From: Phyllosticta citribraziliensis
Taxonomy: Eukaryota
Reading direction: 5' to 3'
Assembly: GCF_038025025.1 (NCBI RefSeq)
Contig: NW_027117344.1
Coordinates: forward strand, 992,001 to 1,056,000
DNA: 64,000 bases
Shown piece by piece: positions 1 to 11,617 of the stretch (position 1 is the first letter of the stretch; each line of letters opens with the position of its first letter). The position numbers and the translations under genes were made by a program. The notes beneath the pieces were generated by a model. The model was not told where the DNA came from, made no database searches, and was given only the letters and a program-made list of their open reading frames with translations.

Positions 1-3000
1 GGTTGCTGGCCAGCTGCATGAATCTGATTCAAGACAGCCTCGGCGGCTTCCATGTTCACGGGCTCCAGAGTAGCGTGGGTGTCGACAAGAAGCTTGTATG
101 TGTGCGCAGTAGGCTCAATTCCCTTGGAGCGCATTCGCTCATAGTAGTTGAGCACCTTGCTGCGATCGCGCTTGGTTGCGAGGAAAAATTGCATCATGCT
201 GTGGTACGGGGCGGGTCGAGGCTTGTAGTTTGGCATGCTCTCCATCTCTTCGAAGAGCTCCTCCGCAAACCTCTCGTCACTCACTCGGCACAGAGCGTTG
301 ACAACAGTACCGTAAGTGACGCTGGTGGGCCTGATACCAAGGTTGCGCATCTCCTGGAAGAAAAAGAGGCAGTCGTCGATCCTTCGCGCCTTACCAAGCT
401 TTCCGATCAACGCATTGTACAAGAAGGACGATGGCTCAACTCCCTCGGACTTGGCACGATGGAAAATCTTCACAGCCTCAGATGCCTCGTCGAAGGTCTT
501 GGTCGACTCCTTGAGCGTGGTGATGTACAATCCAAAAGTGTTTGCCGATGGAGCCGCTCCCATGTCTAGCAGCTCTTGGTGGAACCGTTCGGCCATGTGT
601 CGGTCGCCGGTTTGAAGACAAGCTGCAACCATGGCATCGAGAATCGTGATCCAGCCGTGCTTGACGATGCGGTGTTGCGGCTGGAAGGGTACATCCTGTC
701 TTGCAGCATTGAGGACTTCTTGAGCGACACGCATGCGTCCATCCTTGGCCGCAGCGGCAATCAGCTTGGAGTAAGTAAAATAGCGGGGATGTCTGCCAAC
801 GCGGCGCATGTTCTTGAACTTCACCAACGCTTCGTTGAGGCGAGACGCTGATCGGCCGGCGGGCTTGTCCAGAAGATCCGTAATGGCGACAGATCCCTTA
901 TTGTCAGTGTTCGCAGCGTAGGGGTCGTAGTTGTCCTCGTAGGCAGACATTGGCGTCATTGGAGCAGGGGCGTAGCTCGGGAAGACAGCCGGCTGGAACA
1001 TCATGGTCGGGTAGCGGTACGTCTGCCAGCGTTGAGCCAAATCGGGACGCTCAAGCTTCAGGAGAACCTTTTCGACCAAGTGGGTGTACTTGTCAAGAGG
1101 GATACCGTAGGACATCAAGACCTCGAGAATGTGAGAGAAACGGGCTTGGTTCGCAACATCGGGCGCCGAGGTACGAAGAATCATACCAGCCTGAACTTGC
1201 ATCAAAAGTTGTAAGTCTTCCCATCCGAGTTGCGCCACACCTTCAGGACCAATGCCAGCGAGCAGGTGAGTTGCCACCGATGGGACAAGACCACCATTCT
1301 CGACCATGGTCCAGAGCAGGTCCATACTTGGCTTGGCAGCAACGGCGATGCCCCTCTTGATCATGAAGTGGCCCATAACCTCGATAGATTCGTCAATCTG
1401 TTCCACAATCTCCGTGCTCGCCGGGCTGGATCCACTGAAGGAGTCGCGGATCCGCGCAAACATCGCACGGCTCTGTGAGATGCCACGCTCGGCAAGTCCG
1501 CTTCCAATGAGAGCTACTGCGTACATGGTGGCAGGCTCGATAAGCGATGGCGTCGCGGGTGCTGTCTCGACGATTTCCCAAAACTGCTGAGCGGCCTCTG
1601 TGTTCCCGTTGCGAACATGCATGGCAACCATGGCAATTGCGGGGATCGTCGTATCTGTGGACTGTGGAATGCTTTCCCATGCTTCGGTTGCAATGTCGGT
1701 CTTGTTCTGATCCGCAGCTCTGACGCAAATAGCAGCCATGGCAATTATCCGTGCGGTTTTGCTCAGCTCGCCGCGGGCATGGGCGACTGCGACTTCGAAG
1801 GAGCCATTGTTCAGCCAAACGGGGATGAAGGCCTTCAGGCCCACGAGGTCACGGAGAGAAGTAAACCGCTCGGGCGTCGCAAGAGATTCTTGGAGCTTCG
1901 AGAGGAACTTGCGGCCCCCCTCCTCACGACCACAGATGATATAGGCCTTGATGACTGCGGCGTATACATCGTCATCTTTGCGGACAAGTTGGTTGTGGCC
2001 TTCGTCATTTGCAATCGCGAGAGCTTTGTACTCGTCGTAGCACTCGACCGAAGACCGCAGATCCCCGGAAGTAGCAAAGGCTTGAATCATGGGGGCGAAC
2101 ATCTCCGCCCGGGGAGGGACGTTGTGGGCTTCCATGTGGGTGTAGATTCTGACCATGTCCTCGACTTTGCCCATCTCAGCACATGCAGTGATGAGCTTCC
2201 TGTACGTGGTTTCCGAGAATACGGAGTCGGCTCGAACAGTTGAGGCCGTGTCGAACAGCTTGACCGCAACGTTCAGGGAGTCGTCCTCGAGCAAAATGGC
2301 GAAATCCGTTTCGTCGGATCGAAGCAGGAATTTCCCGTCTTCTTCCATACCGCCGAACCTTGTGCGCTTTTCTTCCAGGACCTTCTTCGACGACATGACC
2401 TCCAAAGATCGGACGGAAAGCAACTCGATCAAGGTGGCGTAGGTCGTCGCATCAGGTAGAACTCGGCGGCGCAACATGTCAGAGTACACGTCGAGAGCCT
2501 TGGGCACGACCTGGTGCCTGTGACGAGGCAAGTGGATGGCCGATACGAGAAGAGCATTGTATGCAGTCGCGGTGGGCTTGACGCCAGCGACCAGCATGCT
2601 CTCGAAAACGGCGGGGATTTCGGCATAGTGGTGGTTGTCTGCAAGCTTCTCCAGTTGGGCGGCGTAGGCTTCGGACTCGATGATCGACGACGGTGTTTGG
2701 CTGCTGGGAGCCGAAGACTTGGTCGAGGACGCCTTCAGCGAAGAAGTCGAGGGTGTGGCTGGAGACTTTGACCGAGATTCTTCGGCATTTACCTCTTCAG
2801 AAGCAGTTTGTGCCAAGTGATCCCCAGACTCGTTTTTCCGGCGCTCGATTTCGTTGTTGATGGCTTCGTCGATCTGGGCGAGTGCGTCGGCTTCGGCTTT
2901 GCCATTGACGACCTGCTTGAAGTCGTCGACGGCATTGGCGCTGTAGGATCTGTCCAGACCGCCGTGATTTGCGTTGGCATCGGCGTCGGCGTCTTGGGCA

Positions 3001-3371
3001 ATTTTGGAAGAGTCGTCAGCCTCGACGACGCCCTCGGGAGTAGAGCCTTGAGGCTTCCATTCGATTCGCTTGGCGAATTGGAACTGCTGCCAATCCCGAT
3101 TTTCCAACTTTTGATGCTTGTTCCAGGCCTCGAAGTAGGCAGCTAAGCCAGAATCATGGTGATCTGGATGTGCCGACTTGGCAGATGAGGTGCCGACAGA
3201 GTGGGCATTCTGGGCCTGGTGGGACTGGAGCTTGGAGAAGCGGCCGGAGACGTGACCAAAGTTTTGGGAGGCGTAGGAGGATTGAGAGGCGGCTACGACG
3301 GACTGAGCGTAACCGTGGGTAAAAGTTTTGGCGAGGCTAAGGCTTCGAAGGTTGAGGGTCTTGAAGACCAT
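1..3371 (-). CDS. Mitochondrial pentatricopeptide-repeat (PPR) protein, >1120 aa, 3' end beyond the left edge (possibly Ppr5/Rpm2-like)
   Basis: ATG at 3371 reads MVFKTLNLRSLSLAKTFTHGYAQSVV...; the same frame at the left edge gives a PPR-type helix (TYKLLVDTHATLEPVNMEAAEAVL). Absent from the ORF track because its stop is outside the window. Ortholog assignment is from recall and unverified. Confidence 0.8.
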   Translation of the reverse strand, partial: MVFKTLNLRSLSLAKTFTHGYAQSVVAASQSSYASQNFGHVSGRFSKLQSHQAQNAHSVGTSSAKSAHPDHHDSGLAAYFEAWNKHQKLENRDWQQFQFAKRIEWKPQGSTPEGVVEADDSSKIAQDADADANANHGGLDRSYSANAVDDFKQVVNGKAEADALAQIDEAINNEIERRKNESGDHLAQTASEEVNAEESRSKSPATPSTSSLKASSTKSSAPSSQTPSSIIESEAYAAQLEKLADNHHYAEIPAVFESMLVAGVKPTATAYNALLVSAIHLPRHRHQVVPKALDVYSDMLRRRVLPDATTYATLIELLSVRSLEVMSSKKVLEEKRTRFGGMEEDGKFLLRSDETDFAILLEDDSLNVAVKLFDTASTVRADSVFSETTYRKLITACAEMGKVEDMVRIYTHMEAHNVPPRAEMFAPMIQAFATSGDLRSSVECYDEYKALAIANDEGHNQLVRKDDDVYAAVIKAYIICGREEGGRKFLSKLQESLATPERFTSLRDLVGLKAFIPVWLNNGSFEVAVAHARGELSKTARIIAMAAICVRAADQNKTDIATEAWESIPQSTDTTIPAIAMVAMHVRNGNTEAAQQFWEIVETAPATPSLIEPATMYAVALIGSGLAERGISQSRAMFARIRDSFSGSSPASTEIVEQIDESIEVMGHFMIKRGIAVAAKPSMDLLWTMVENGGLVPSVATHLLAGIGPEGVAQLGWEDLQLLMQVQAGMILRTSAPDVANQARFSHILEVLMSYGIPLDKYTHLVEKVLLKLERPDLAQRWQTYRYPTMMFQPAVFPSYAPAPMTPMSAYEDNYDPYAANTDNKGSVAITDLLDKPAGRSASRLNEALVKFKNMRRVGRHPRYFTYSKLIAAAAKDGRMRVAQEVLNAARQDVPFQPQHRIVKHGWITILDAMVAACLQTGDRHMAERFHQELLDMGAAPSANTFGLYITTLKESTKTFDEASEAVKIFHRAKSEGVEPSSFLYNALIGKLGKARRIDDCLFFFQEMRNLGIRPTSVTYGTVVNALCRVSDERFAEELFEEMESMPNYKPRPAPYHSMMQFFLATKRDRSKVLNYYERMRSKGIEPTAHTYKLLVDTHATLEPVNMEAAEAVLNQIHAAGQQ

Positions 3372-4353
3372 TTAGAAAGGTGAGGAACCCTTCAGCTCCA
3401 AAGGGTAAGCCTAGCAGGTGAGATTGTCAGCGATTGGATGCCTTTGGGGGCGCGGGTCATTGGGAGGGCGAACCTTGAGATTTAGGGGAGGAAAAGATGC
3501 AGGTTCATTTGGCGCCCACGAGCCGCCAAACAAACGCGCGTGTCAGAGGGGGGATCAAAGAGGTAGTGGCGAGAAGAAAAACGCGACGGATGAAAAAGCC
3601 CAAGCTTCGCGACAGGAACCGGGCCAAGCGAGGGTCTAACACAGGGTAGAGGGTAGAAGAGACACTGGAATGGCGCTTGAACAGACAAGCGGAAGAGAAG
3701 CAGCAATTGGGGTCGAGTAAGAGGGGGAGTTGAGGTCGAGGGTGGAGGAGGGGGAGGCTGAGGGAGGGAGAAAAAGAGAGAGAGTGAGGGTGACTGGTGA
3801 CGGCAACGATGGAAACTAAACCAAACGGATCCTCGCGCGCTGCGGGCGATCACGGAGGCGGAGGACTGGAAGGGAAGGGAAGAGAAGGAGGCCGTCAGGT
3901 CGGCAGCTTCGGCACCGCCCCAGCCAAGCCCAGCCCCAGTCACGCCCCAGGCAGAAACAACACCTACCGACCGCTCTCCACGTGACCGATTGCAACCCAC
4001 CGGCAGCCCACCCAGCGCCCGGACCGGGAGGCACCCACCGGCACCTCACCGCACCGCAGTCGGGGACCGGGACGAGACTACAGTACCAAGGCAGACTGGA
4101 CTCGACGCAACACAACGCACCCGGACGCCATCGCAATTGACAGAGGCTCCCTCGAAAAAAGCCGCAGCCCAGTTCGGATCAATCGACCATCTTTCCTTCT
4201 CCCGTCATTGACTCATCACTTTCTCTCCTCTGCCCTTCCCTATCCTACCCTAGGTGCCGTCCTCCGAATCGCCCCGTCAGCTGCACCTCCCTGAAACCCC
4301 TTCTGCTGCAATACCGTCCGTCCCTTTCATCGTAACCGACGATCCTCCCACCC

Positions 4354-5844
4354 ATGGCCTCGGTCGCCATCTCTGCGCCTGGCAAAGTCTTGCTTGCCGG
4401 CGGCTACCTCGTGCTCGACCGAGACTACACTGGTCTGGTCTTTGGCCTCAGCGCCCGCATCCACGTTGCCGTGCGCCCGCTGCCCACCGGCTCTGGCGTC
4501 AGCCTCTCCGAAATCATTGTCAAGTCGCCGCAGTTCGTGGGCGCCACCTGGGACTACGGCTACCGTTTAGCCGAAGATGGTGGCGGCATCCAGGTGACGC
4601 AGCTCAGAGCGTAAGTGAACATGAACATGCCCCCTGCGCTCCTTCCTTTGCTGCTTCTCCTCGTCAGGCATGCATGCCCGTAGACCAATCCGTGCCATCC
4701 ATCTCGTCATGCTGGTCTCGCAACTCATTCCAACCCCTGGTGTAGGAGCGCAACAGAAGCCCTCCACCGGAACCCCTTCGTCGAGACAGCCCTGAGCTAT
4801 GCTCTCACTTACGTCTCAGCCCTAAGCTCCCACCGCATCAACCCGGCCTCCATCACCATCTTGGCCGACAATGACTACTACTCTTCAAATCCAACCTACA
4901 CCCAATCTCCCGGTGACCGCTTTAGAAACTTCAACCTGCCTCTGTGGGATGCCCACAAGACGGGCTTGGGCTCGTCGGCCGCCCTGGTCACAGCCTTTAC
5001 GGCCGCCGTGCTCTCTCACTACCTCCCGTCCTCCGTCTTCTCGCTCGACTCGCCCTCGGCCAGGTCTCGCCTGCACAACCTTGCCCAAGCCGCCCATTGC
5101 GCTGCCCAGGGCAAGGTTGGCTCTGGCTTCGACGTCGCCTCGGCCGTCTTTGGCTCCTGTCTCTACAAGAGATTCTCGCCCTCTCTGCTGTCGTCTCTCG
5201 GAGAACCAGGTTCGGATGGCTTCGCCGACTCGCTCAAAGCCCTGGTCGACGAGACGGACCCCGCGAAAAAGTGGGACACGGGCGTGACCAAATCGGCCGT
5301 GTCTGTGCCCAAAGGCATCCGTCTCGTCATGTGTGATGTTGACTGCGGGTCCAAAACGCCGGGCATGGTCAAGCAAGTCCTCGCGTGGCGCCAGGAAACC
5401 CCCGAGGAGGCGGGCAAGCTGTGGGACAACCTCCAGCAAGCTAACGAGAGTCTTGCCGCCGAACTGGTTCGGCTCAGCGAGACCAACAGTCGTGATTACA
5501 CCGGCCTGCAAGCGAGCATTGACGGCATCCGCGCACTGATTCGCCAAATGTCCCAACTCTCGGGCGTGCCCATTGAGCCCCCAGAGCAGACGGAGCTGCT
5601 CGATGCTTGCTCCAAAGTGCCCGGGGTAATTGGTGGCGTGGTTCCGGGAGCAGGAGGCTTCGACGCGGTCGCTCTGCTGGTCGAGGATCAAGCAGAGACG
5701 ATTGCAAGCCTGGAGAAAGTGCTGTCGGGTTGGAAGTTTGGCGACGACGGTTCGGTTGGCCGGGTGAGCATGCTCGGAGTGCGAGAAGAAATGGAGGGAG
5801 TGAGGGAGGAGAAGGATTCGATATACAGCATTTGGTTGCAGTAA
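4354..5844 (+). CDS. ERG8: Phosphomevalonate kinase
   Basis: Exons 4354-4610 and 4746-5844 (GTAAGT...TAG intron). Motifs SAPGKVLLAGGYLVL, NPFVETAL, KTGLGSSAA, AQGKVGSGFD, VPGAGGFDA. Confidence 0.95.
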
Positions 5845-6551
5845 AAACTAAAAGAGATGAATGCTAGGTCAAGTTAATAGACGTTGCCCAGATGCGGTTC
5901 GATTGCGCGCGTCCCCACGGTTGCGCGGAAGATCGGCAGCTGTCGCAGTGGGCTGGGGCGCGGGCGGGACGCCTGGGGGGAGAAGGGATTGGAGGAATGG
6001 TGGAGGAACACAATAGACGTTTTGGAGTTTTTGAAGGAGCGCGGCACCATAAACAACAAAGTCAAGGGAAAGAGAGTACATGTACCTACCTAGCGTGGCG
6101 CCGTCTGGTGAAGCAACAAGTCTCGTCTCGCACCCTGCCCCGACGACGGGCCCGTCGCCAACGTCGCCAAGCGCGGCGACTGCAGGGCAGGGCACCTTAA
6201 TCAATTCACCAGTGCATCCATCATCTCTCCCGAACCAAGCCATCATCTACCTTTTTCTTGCTGCTCGCTCGCTCGCTCGCTGTGACGTCTTCTCGTCTGA
6301 TGAGGCCAACCTAGCATCTCGATCCTGCCTCAGGTCCACTCCCACTCCCGTCTGTCTGCGTCAGGTCAGGTCAGCAGCGCTTTCGTCCATCGTTATCACT
6401 TGCGGCACCACCCCCGACCGCCCTCTTCCCTGCCGCTTGTCACCAGTCCAGTCCTACCCCCGGTGCCAGTCAGTGCCTGTGCCAGTGCCTGTGCCAGTGC
6501 CAGTCCAAGTCCCAGCCCCAGTCGCCCCCCCCCCCCCCCGCCCCCAAAGCC

Positions 6552-7392
6552 ATGGCCGCTGCTCCTCCACCAGCTCTCGACAGAGCCTCATCTTCCTCTC
6601 CCGACGCACCACCCCCGTCCCAACCGCAATACGCGCATGCCGCCGCCGCCGACGACAATCTCTCCAAAGAACCCTCCACCTCTGTCGAGATGAGCAACCT
6701 GGCCTCGACGTCGTCGCCGCATCAAAATGCCCACGATACGGACCCCTCATTATCGCCGCCTCCACCACCCCCTCCTCCGCCTGCAGACGATCTCGACAAA
6801 TCCGCCCAACCTGAGTCGTCATCTGCTGCCTCTGCTCCTGCCCTCGGCGTCGTCCGCTCAGAGACCGAGGCAATTGGCCCGGCCTCAGACACGCCGGCCG
6901 CGAAGCCAGACACCACCGCCGGGCCCGTTGTCGTCATTACATTGCTGCTCACGAGTGGCGCACGTCATCCCTACAAGATTGACGAAAAGTACCTGCGCAA
7001 GCGCAACGTCACGCCCGACAAGATGGACCCCTTCAACATCAGCGTCTATACTCTGAAAGAACTGATATGGCGGGACTGGCGCGAGGGTAAGCCTGCCAAG
7101 AGGCCTCCAAGACTGCGCGCGCAATCGTCTGTGCTAACCGTATTCCTTCACAGAGTGGGAGCCCCGTCCGACGTCACCCAGTTCGATACGTCTGATATCT
7201 TTCGGCCGCATGCTCGACGACAAGCAACACCTCAAGGACTGTCGCTTTCAGACCGAGTCGCCCAACGTCGTGCACATGACGGTCAAGCCCCAAGAGGCAG
7301 TCGACGAAGAGGACGCCAAGACGGCCAAAGCTGGCGGGCGAACAGACGACGACGGAGAGCCGACGGCCCGGTGCCGTTGTGCCATTTTGTAG
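6552..7392 (+). CDS. Membrane-anchored ubiquitin-fold protein (UBL3/MUB-like) with C-terminal CaaX
   Basis: Exons 6552-7086 and 7154-7392 (GTAAGC...GCTAAC...CAG). Spliced product ISVYTLKELIWRDWREEWEPRPTSPSSIRLISFGRMLDD...VVHMTVKP, ending CRCAIL. N-terminus is low-complexity. Confidence 0.85.
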
Positions 7393-7867
7393 CGCTGTAT
7401 TATTGCATGCGAGCGCTCATTTGAGTTGAGGTGCCTCGAACCACGGCTCTTCTTGCAAATACCCCGACGTGAAGAGTATCTTTTTGGAGCGTCACATGGC
7501 AGAGGGTCAAGACGAGAGACATGAGGAGCATCGCGGGAAAAAGTAAATAGTTGGAACGGACTTGGGACGCTGGCCTCCTTGCTTGCTTGCTCCCCCCAAC
7601 TGGTCTGGAGGTTGGCGTATGGTACAGTGGTTGCGGGCACACACGGCGTTGGGTTGACCATAATCACTTCCTTTTTTAATCTTTGTACTCGACTTTCACC
7701 ATCGCAGCAAGGCATTTGTCCGCCAGATAGATTCCGGCGGCTTGTTACAAGCCTCAAGATAGTTCTTCTTCGACCGTACATGATCCAGCACCAAGGAAAT
7801 GTGCGTCTCTTCCCTGACCATGACCATGCCCTTCTACGCCGCTTCTTCAAAGAGGAGTGATTTCGCT

Positions 7868-8502
7868 CTACCAGTTCATCTTCATGCGCGTCTCCATCTC
7901 GGTGTGGAAATCGGGAACCGGGCCAAGTTCGTTGCCTGGCGTTTGACGTCAGTATCATGAAAATGCCACAACGGAGCTCCTCGGGCATGACTTGGACTCA
8001 CCCTTGAACACATCCTCCCAGTCAATCTCAGCGTCCCTGCCAGTCAGTATGTCGCTGTGTAGGCCGCTGGCGCCGCCCAGCTGCGCAGGCCTCCACTCGC
8101 CGGCCCTGACGACCTTGAGCTCCATGCCGCGGCGAATGGGCTCCGCCATGCCAAAGTTGCGCCGGAGGCCCTCCATCTTCAGAGCGTCCTGCGTGGCACG
8201 CCACTTGGCCAGGCGGGCTTCGAGCGGGTGCGAGGACTGCAGCTCGGGTTCGGCCGCGATAGACGACGACGACGACGACGACGAGGGGGCGGCTACTGTT
8301 GCAACGGCCGATGGTGCCGTCAGGCCCATGTGCGAGCGCAGCGTGTCGTGCACGCCCGGGGCGGATGGCGCGCCCAGGGCGGCGGGCGTCGTCGAGGGCT
8401 TGCTGGGTGTAGGCGTGATGCGGAGCGACTGTCGGCGGCGAAGAAGGCACGTTAGCGGTGCGGTGCTGCGAGATTATGGGCCCACGGACGAAGCAGTACC
8501 AT
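7868..8502 (-). CDS. UMP1: Proteasome maturation factor UMP1
   Basis: Exons 8502-8500 (ATG only), 8428-8002, 7935-7868. MSLRITP...GAPSAPGVHDTLR...HPLEARL...FGMAEPIRRGME...DILTGRDAEIDWEDVF...DFHTEMETRMKMNW*. Confidence 0.92.
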
Positions 8503-9159
8503 TTTGATTTCGATGTGGAGATGGAAGATGAGGGTCGAGAAAGTGGGTGGATGGCGAGGAGAGATGTGGGCGCGTTTGGTGTTGGTTGTGAGTTGGCGGT
8601 TGTGGTGATGATGGTGAGGCTCTGCTCTGCGGGAGCTGCAGCTTCCCAAGAGCTGCTGCCCGGAGGCGCCACCAGCCCGGCTGCCCAGGCTACCAACCAC
8701 ACGCGTGCACCTCTGCAACCCCGTCAAGCCATGGACGGCTCGACCCAATTTTCATGTGCTTCTTGGGCACAGCATCCGCCCGAATGCTTGAGGCCCCCTC
8801 TGCCGTACAAACAGCTGCAACATTGCTTTCGGCTAGTTAAGTGTACAAACAGCCTCCATCCGCAAACTCCCTGTGATGGGCAGCGAAAGAGAAATGACTG
8901 TTGTTATATTGAATTTCCCCTACGCTTACTACACAGGAACTGATGTTCAAGCGACGGACGTGCTAGTGATTAACACTCAAAAGACTTATGTTCCTTGTCA
9001 GGTTAGGCAACTAACTTTTTGAACCTCGACCTCGGTTCAACCGGACGCTTTCAACGGCCGACACGCCCCAGATAGTCCAAGCCTCCGCTCAGCAGTCAAC
9101 GTTTTTAAAGAGAGGTCGCGCACTCTGGAACTGGGTAGTTCGAGAAATCTTCGTCCACC

Positions 9160-9642
9160 ATGTCTCTCACAACGCTACTCGAAAATGGCAACCTTTCAAT
9201 TGCCGCCATACCAGCCTACTATTTGCTTGCCCAAGCCCCTCATGCCGCCGCCTTGATCTACACCACCAACGGCAAAGTCAGCAAATGGGAAAACGTCAAT
9301 CCCAAGGGAGAAGCAACCAAGACCGCAATCAACAAGAAAATCGGCCCACAGAGATACGCCGTCTACGAGCGCCTCAAGGCAGCGCACGCAAATTGCATGG
9401 AAAACATGCCTCTCTTCATTGCCGCCATCGTCTTTGGCAACATGGCCGGCCTCCACAAGGTCGAAGGCTCCGGTGGCCTCAATTGGTTTGCCGGGAGCTT
9501 CCTGCTGGCCCGCGCGGGCTACAACATTGTCTATGCCCTGAACGCAACTCAAGGCCAGTCCTACCTCAGGACCTTGTTCTGGCTTCTCAGCGTGGGCCAG
9601 TGCTTCCGCGTCCTCTTCACTGCTGCCTCCATTCTCGTTTGA
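9160..9642 (+). CDS. MAPEG-family membrane protein
   Basis: Intronless 160-aa hydrophobic ORF with RLKAAHANCMENMPLF, LARAGYNIVY and YLRTLFW. Confidence 0.85.
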   Translation: MSLTTLLENGNLSIAAIPAYYLLAQAPHAAALIYTTNGKVSKWENVNPKGEATKTAINKKIGPQRYAVYERLKAAHANCMENMPLFIAAIVFGNMAGLHKVEGSGGLNWFAGSFLLARAGYNIVYALNATQGQSYLRTLFWLLSVGQCFRVLFTAASILV

Positions 9643-10005
9643 GCGTTTGCGATCCCTAGGCGCATTCTTCAACTCCCGCCTGAGTAATGTGATCCGGAGC
9701 TACGAATGGATTCCGCTTTTGTTCCTGCAATGGACGGCTTTGATGTAGTTAGCTGGAAGACAAGCTAGAAGCCTTTGGGTTGCCATGCTTCTTGGCAATC
9801 AACTGTAGCTCTATCTTCCTCGGATTCAAACACATCTTGTCTGCCATGACTTCTCAATCATATGCCTGAAGATGTGTTTCGGACGTTTCTCTTGTTGGTG
9901 CAAGTCTGTCATCCAGAGGACCCTTTCAGGACGTTGACCAAATGATCCACCATGAAAGGCCTCGTTCATAGCCCGTTCGTTGCCAGGAGCTTGCATCGTG
10001 CCGGT

Positions 10006-11323
10006 TTATCTTCCACGGCCACGGCCGCGTCCACGACCTCCGCCACGACCGCGGCCCCTGAAGCCCCCTCTTTTTGCTCCTGCGCCCCTGGGAATGCTTT
10101 CGTAGAGCTTTTGGTGCCCAAAACCAGCATCGGCAACGCGGATATAGCTGACGATGCCTTGATCAACCACGGCAATAATGACATTGCGGTAACCATGCTT
10201 GACTTTTTGGTACACATGGCCTTGGTTTGGAGGCGGTTGATATGGGGTGCACGCCAAAAGGTCGTTGAGCTGATGGACTGCAGGCACAGCGGTTTCTCGG
10301 GCATTAATCACGCTGACTCGGAAATCGGGAGGTCCAGGGTTAGATTTCTTCCAGCCAGGAGATGGTTTGTAAACCAGGTATGCAATGTGAAAGGGATCGA
10401 CACTGCTCTCCCTGGGGGAAAACTCGGCCGCTGCAGTGGGGTCATGAAATGGGATGACGTCGAGAAGACGGTAAACATCACCTGCTCCGCATGAGTAAAA
10501 AACGTGTGGTTCTTCGTTAGGAATAACTTACCAATATTCCTGTAGAGTCCGGGGGAAACCAATGGGCCGAGCGGGGACTTCGTGCTGGATGTTGCTCCAA
10601 ATATACGCCTCCAAAGTGAACCAAAAAGGCCGAGTGTGGAAGATTGCTGGACTTCCCCACCCCTGTTCAAGACCTTTGTCCCATCCCAGCTTTCCGCGCG
10701 GGTGACGATGTACCCTGACCTCTTCAAGCCAGCGTAAACGACGTATCTTTCCATGGTCAGGTTGCCACCGATAGCTTCTTCCATCCCGAGACATGTCGCG
10801 TAAGCGCCCTGCAAGCTCATGGGTAGACCTTCGGCTTCATCTTCTGCTGCAGGCCATCTCACATCAAGGGAGCCTCGCTCGAGCAAATAGAGCATTTCTT
10901 CTGGGAACAGGGCCATTTTGCCATCGACGTATTTTCCGACAGTGCGGAAAGCTTGGCCCTTGATGCTGTCTACGTATGCCATGTTCGAGACCGGATCGTA
11001 GGTTGCCAGGACGTGGTTCTTGGGATTGTGGATGCGGGTGGTGGATATAGCGGCGTGCATGGCGAGACGCGAGGCTTCGAGCGCTGATGCTTGCAACGAC
11101 GTCGAGTGAGGCTCAAAATCCTTCTCGCCGCGCTTTGGCAGTCCAGAGGTACCATTTTCGGTGATGCTGCAGCAGGTAAGAGAGAAGCATACGGTGGCGG
11201 CTTGGATTCAACTTACGACAAGCTGCTCAGAAATCGGAAATCTTGCGTCTCGTCACTGAGATCGATTTGCTCTGCATTCTGGTTGGATATTTGAGGAACG
11301 TCCTCTTCATCAATGTCAGACAT
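10006..11323 (-). CDS. SEN54: tRNA-splicing endonuclease subunit Sen54
   Basis: Exons 11323-11217, 11166-10532, 10481-10006. DLSDETQDFRFL, LPKRGEKDFEP, LFPEEMLYLLERGSL, YVVYAGLKRSGYIV, VIIAVVDQGIVSY, and an RG-rich tail. Confidence 0.9.
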
Positions 11324-11617
11324 GGTGGTGAAGCCCAGAATAAGTCGTTGTTCAGCGAATTGAATGGTCGAGGCGGAGAAATTCCCATTGGGCTGGGTCG
11401 GCGGACGGCGGAAAAGGGCCGGTGGGTTACGATGCCCGCCGGTCCCACGGTGCCCCGCATCCAACACCACAGCACCGCATGATCTCGACACAACTTCACC
11501 ACGTAATGGCAACACCGACTTGGGCACTCGTTTCAATCTCAACTCTAGATTATTCCTTCGAATCACCTCACACACGAGGCCAAGTCTATCCCTGCACTAA
11601 TCTGTCCACATTGTTCT

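Noticed and set aside
3..3383. Numerous plus-strand ORFs over the PPR gene (and similar ones opposite ERG8, SCY1, BAT1)
   Set aside because: Antisense or alternate-frame shadows of GC-rich coding sequence.
6463..6545. GTGCCW hexamer repeats and poly-C before the UBL3-like start (PVPVPV ORF)
   Set aside because: Ordinary 5'-UTR low-complexity sequence; the 244-aa ORF through it has no support.
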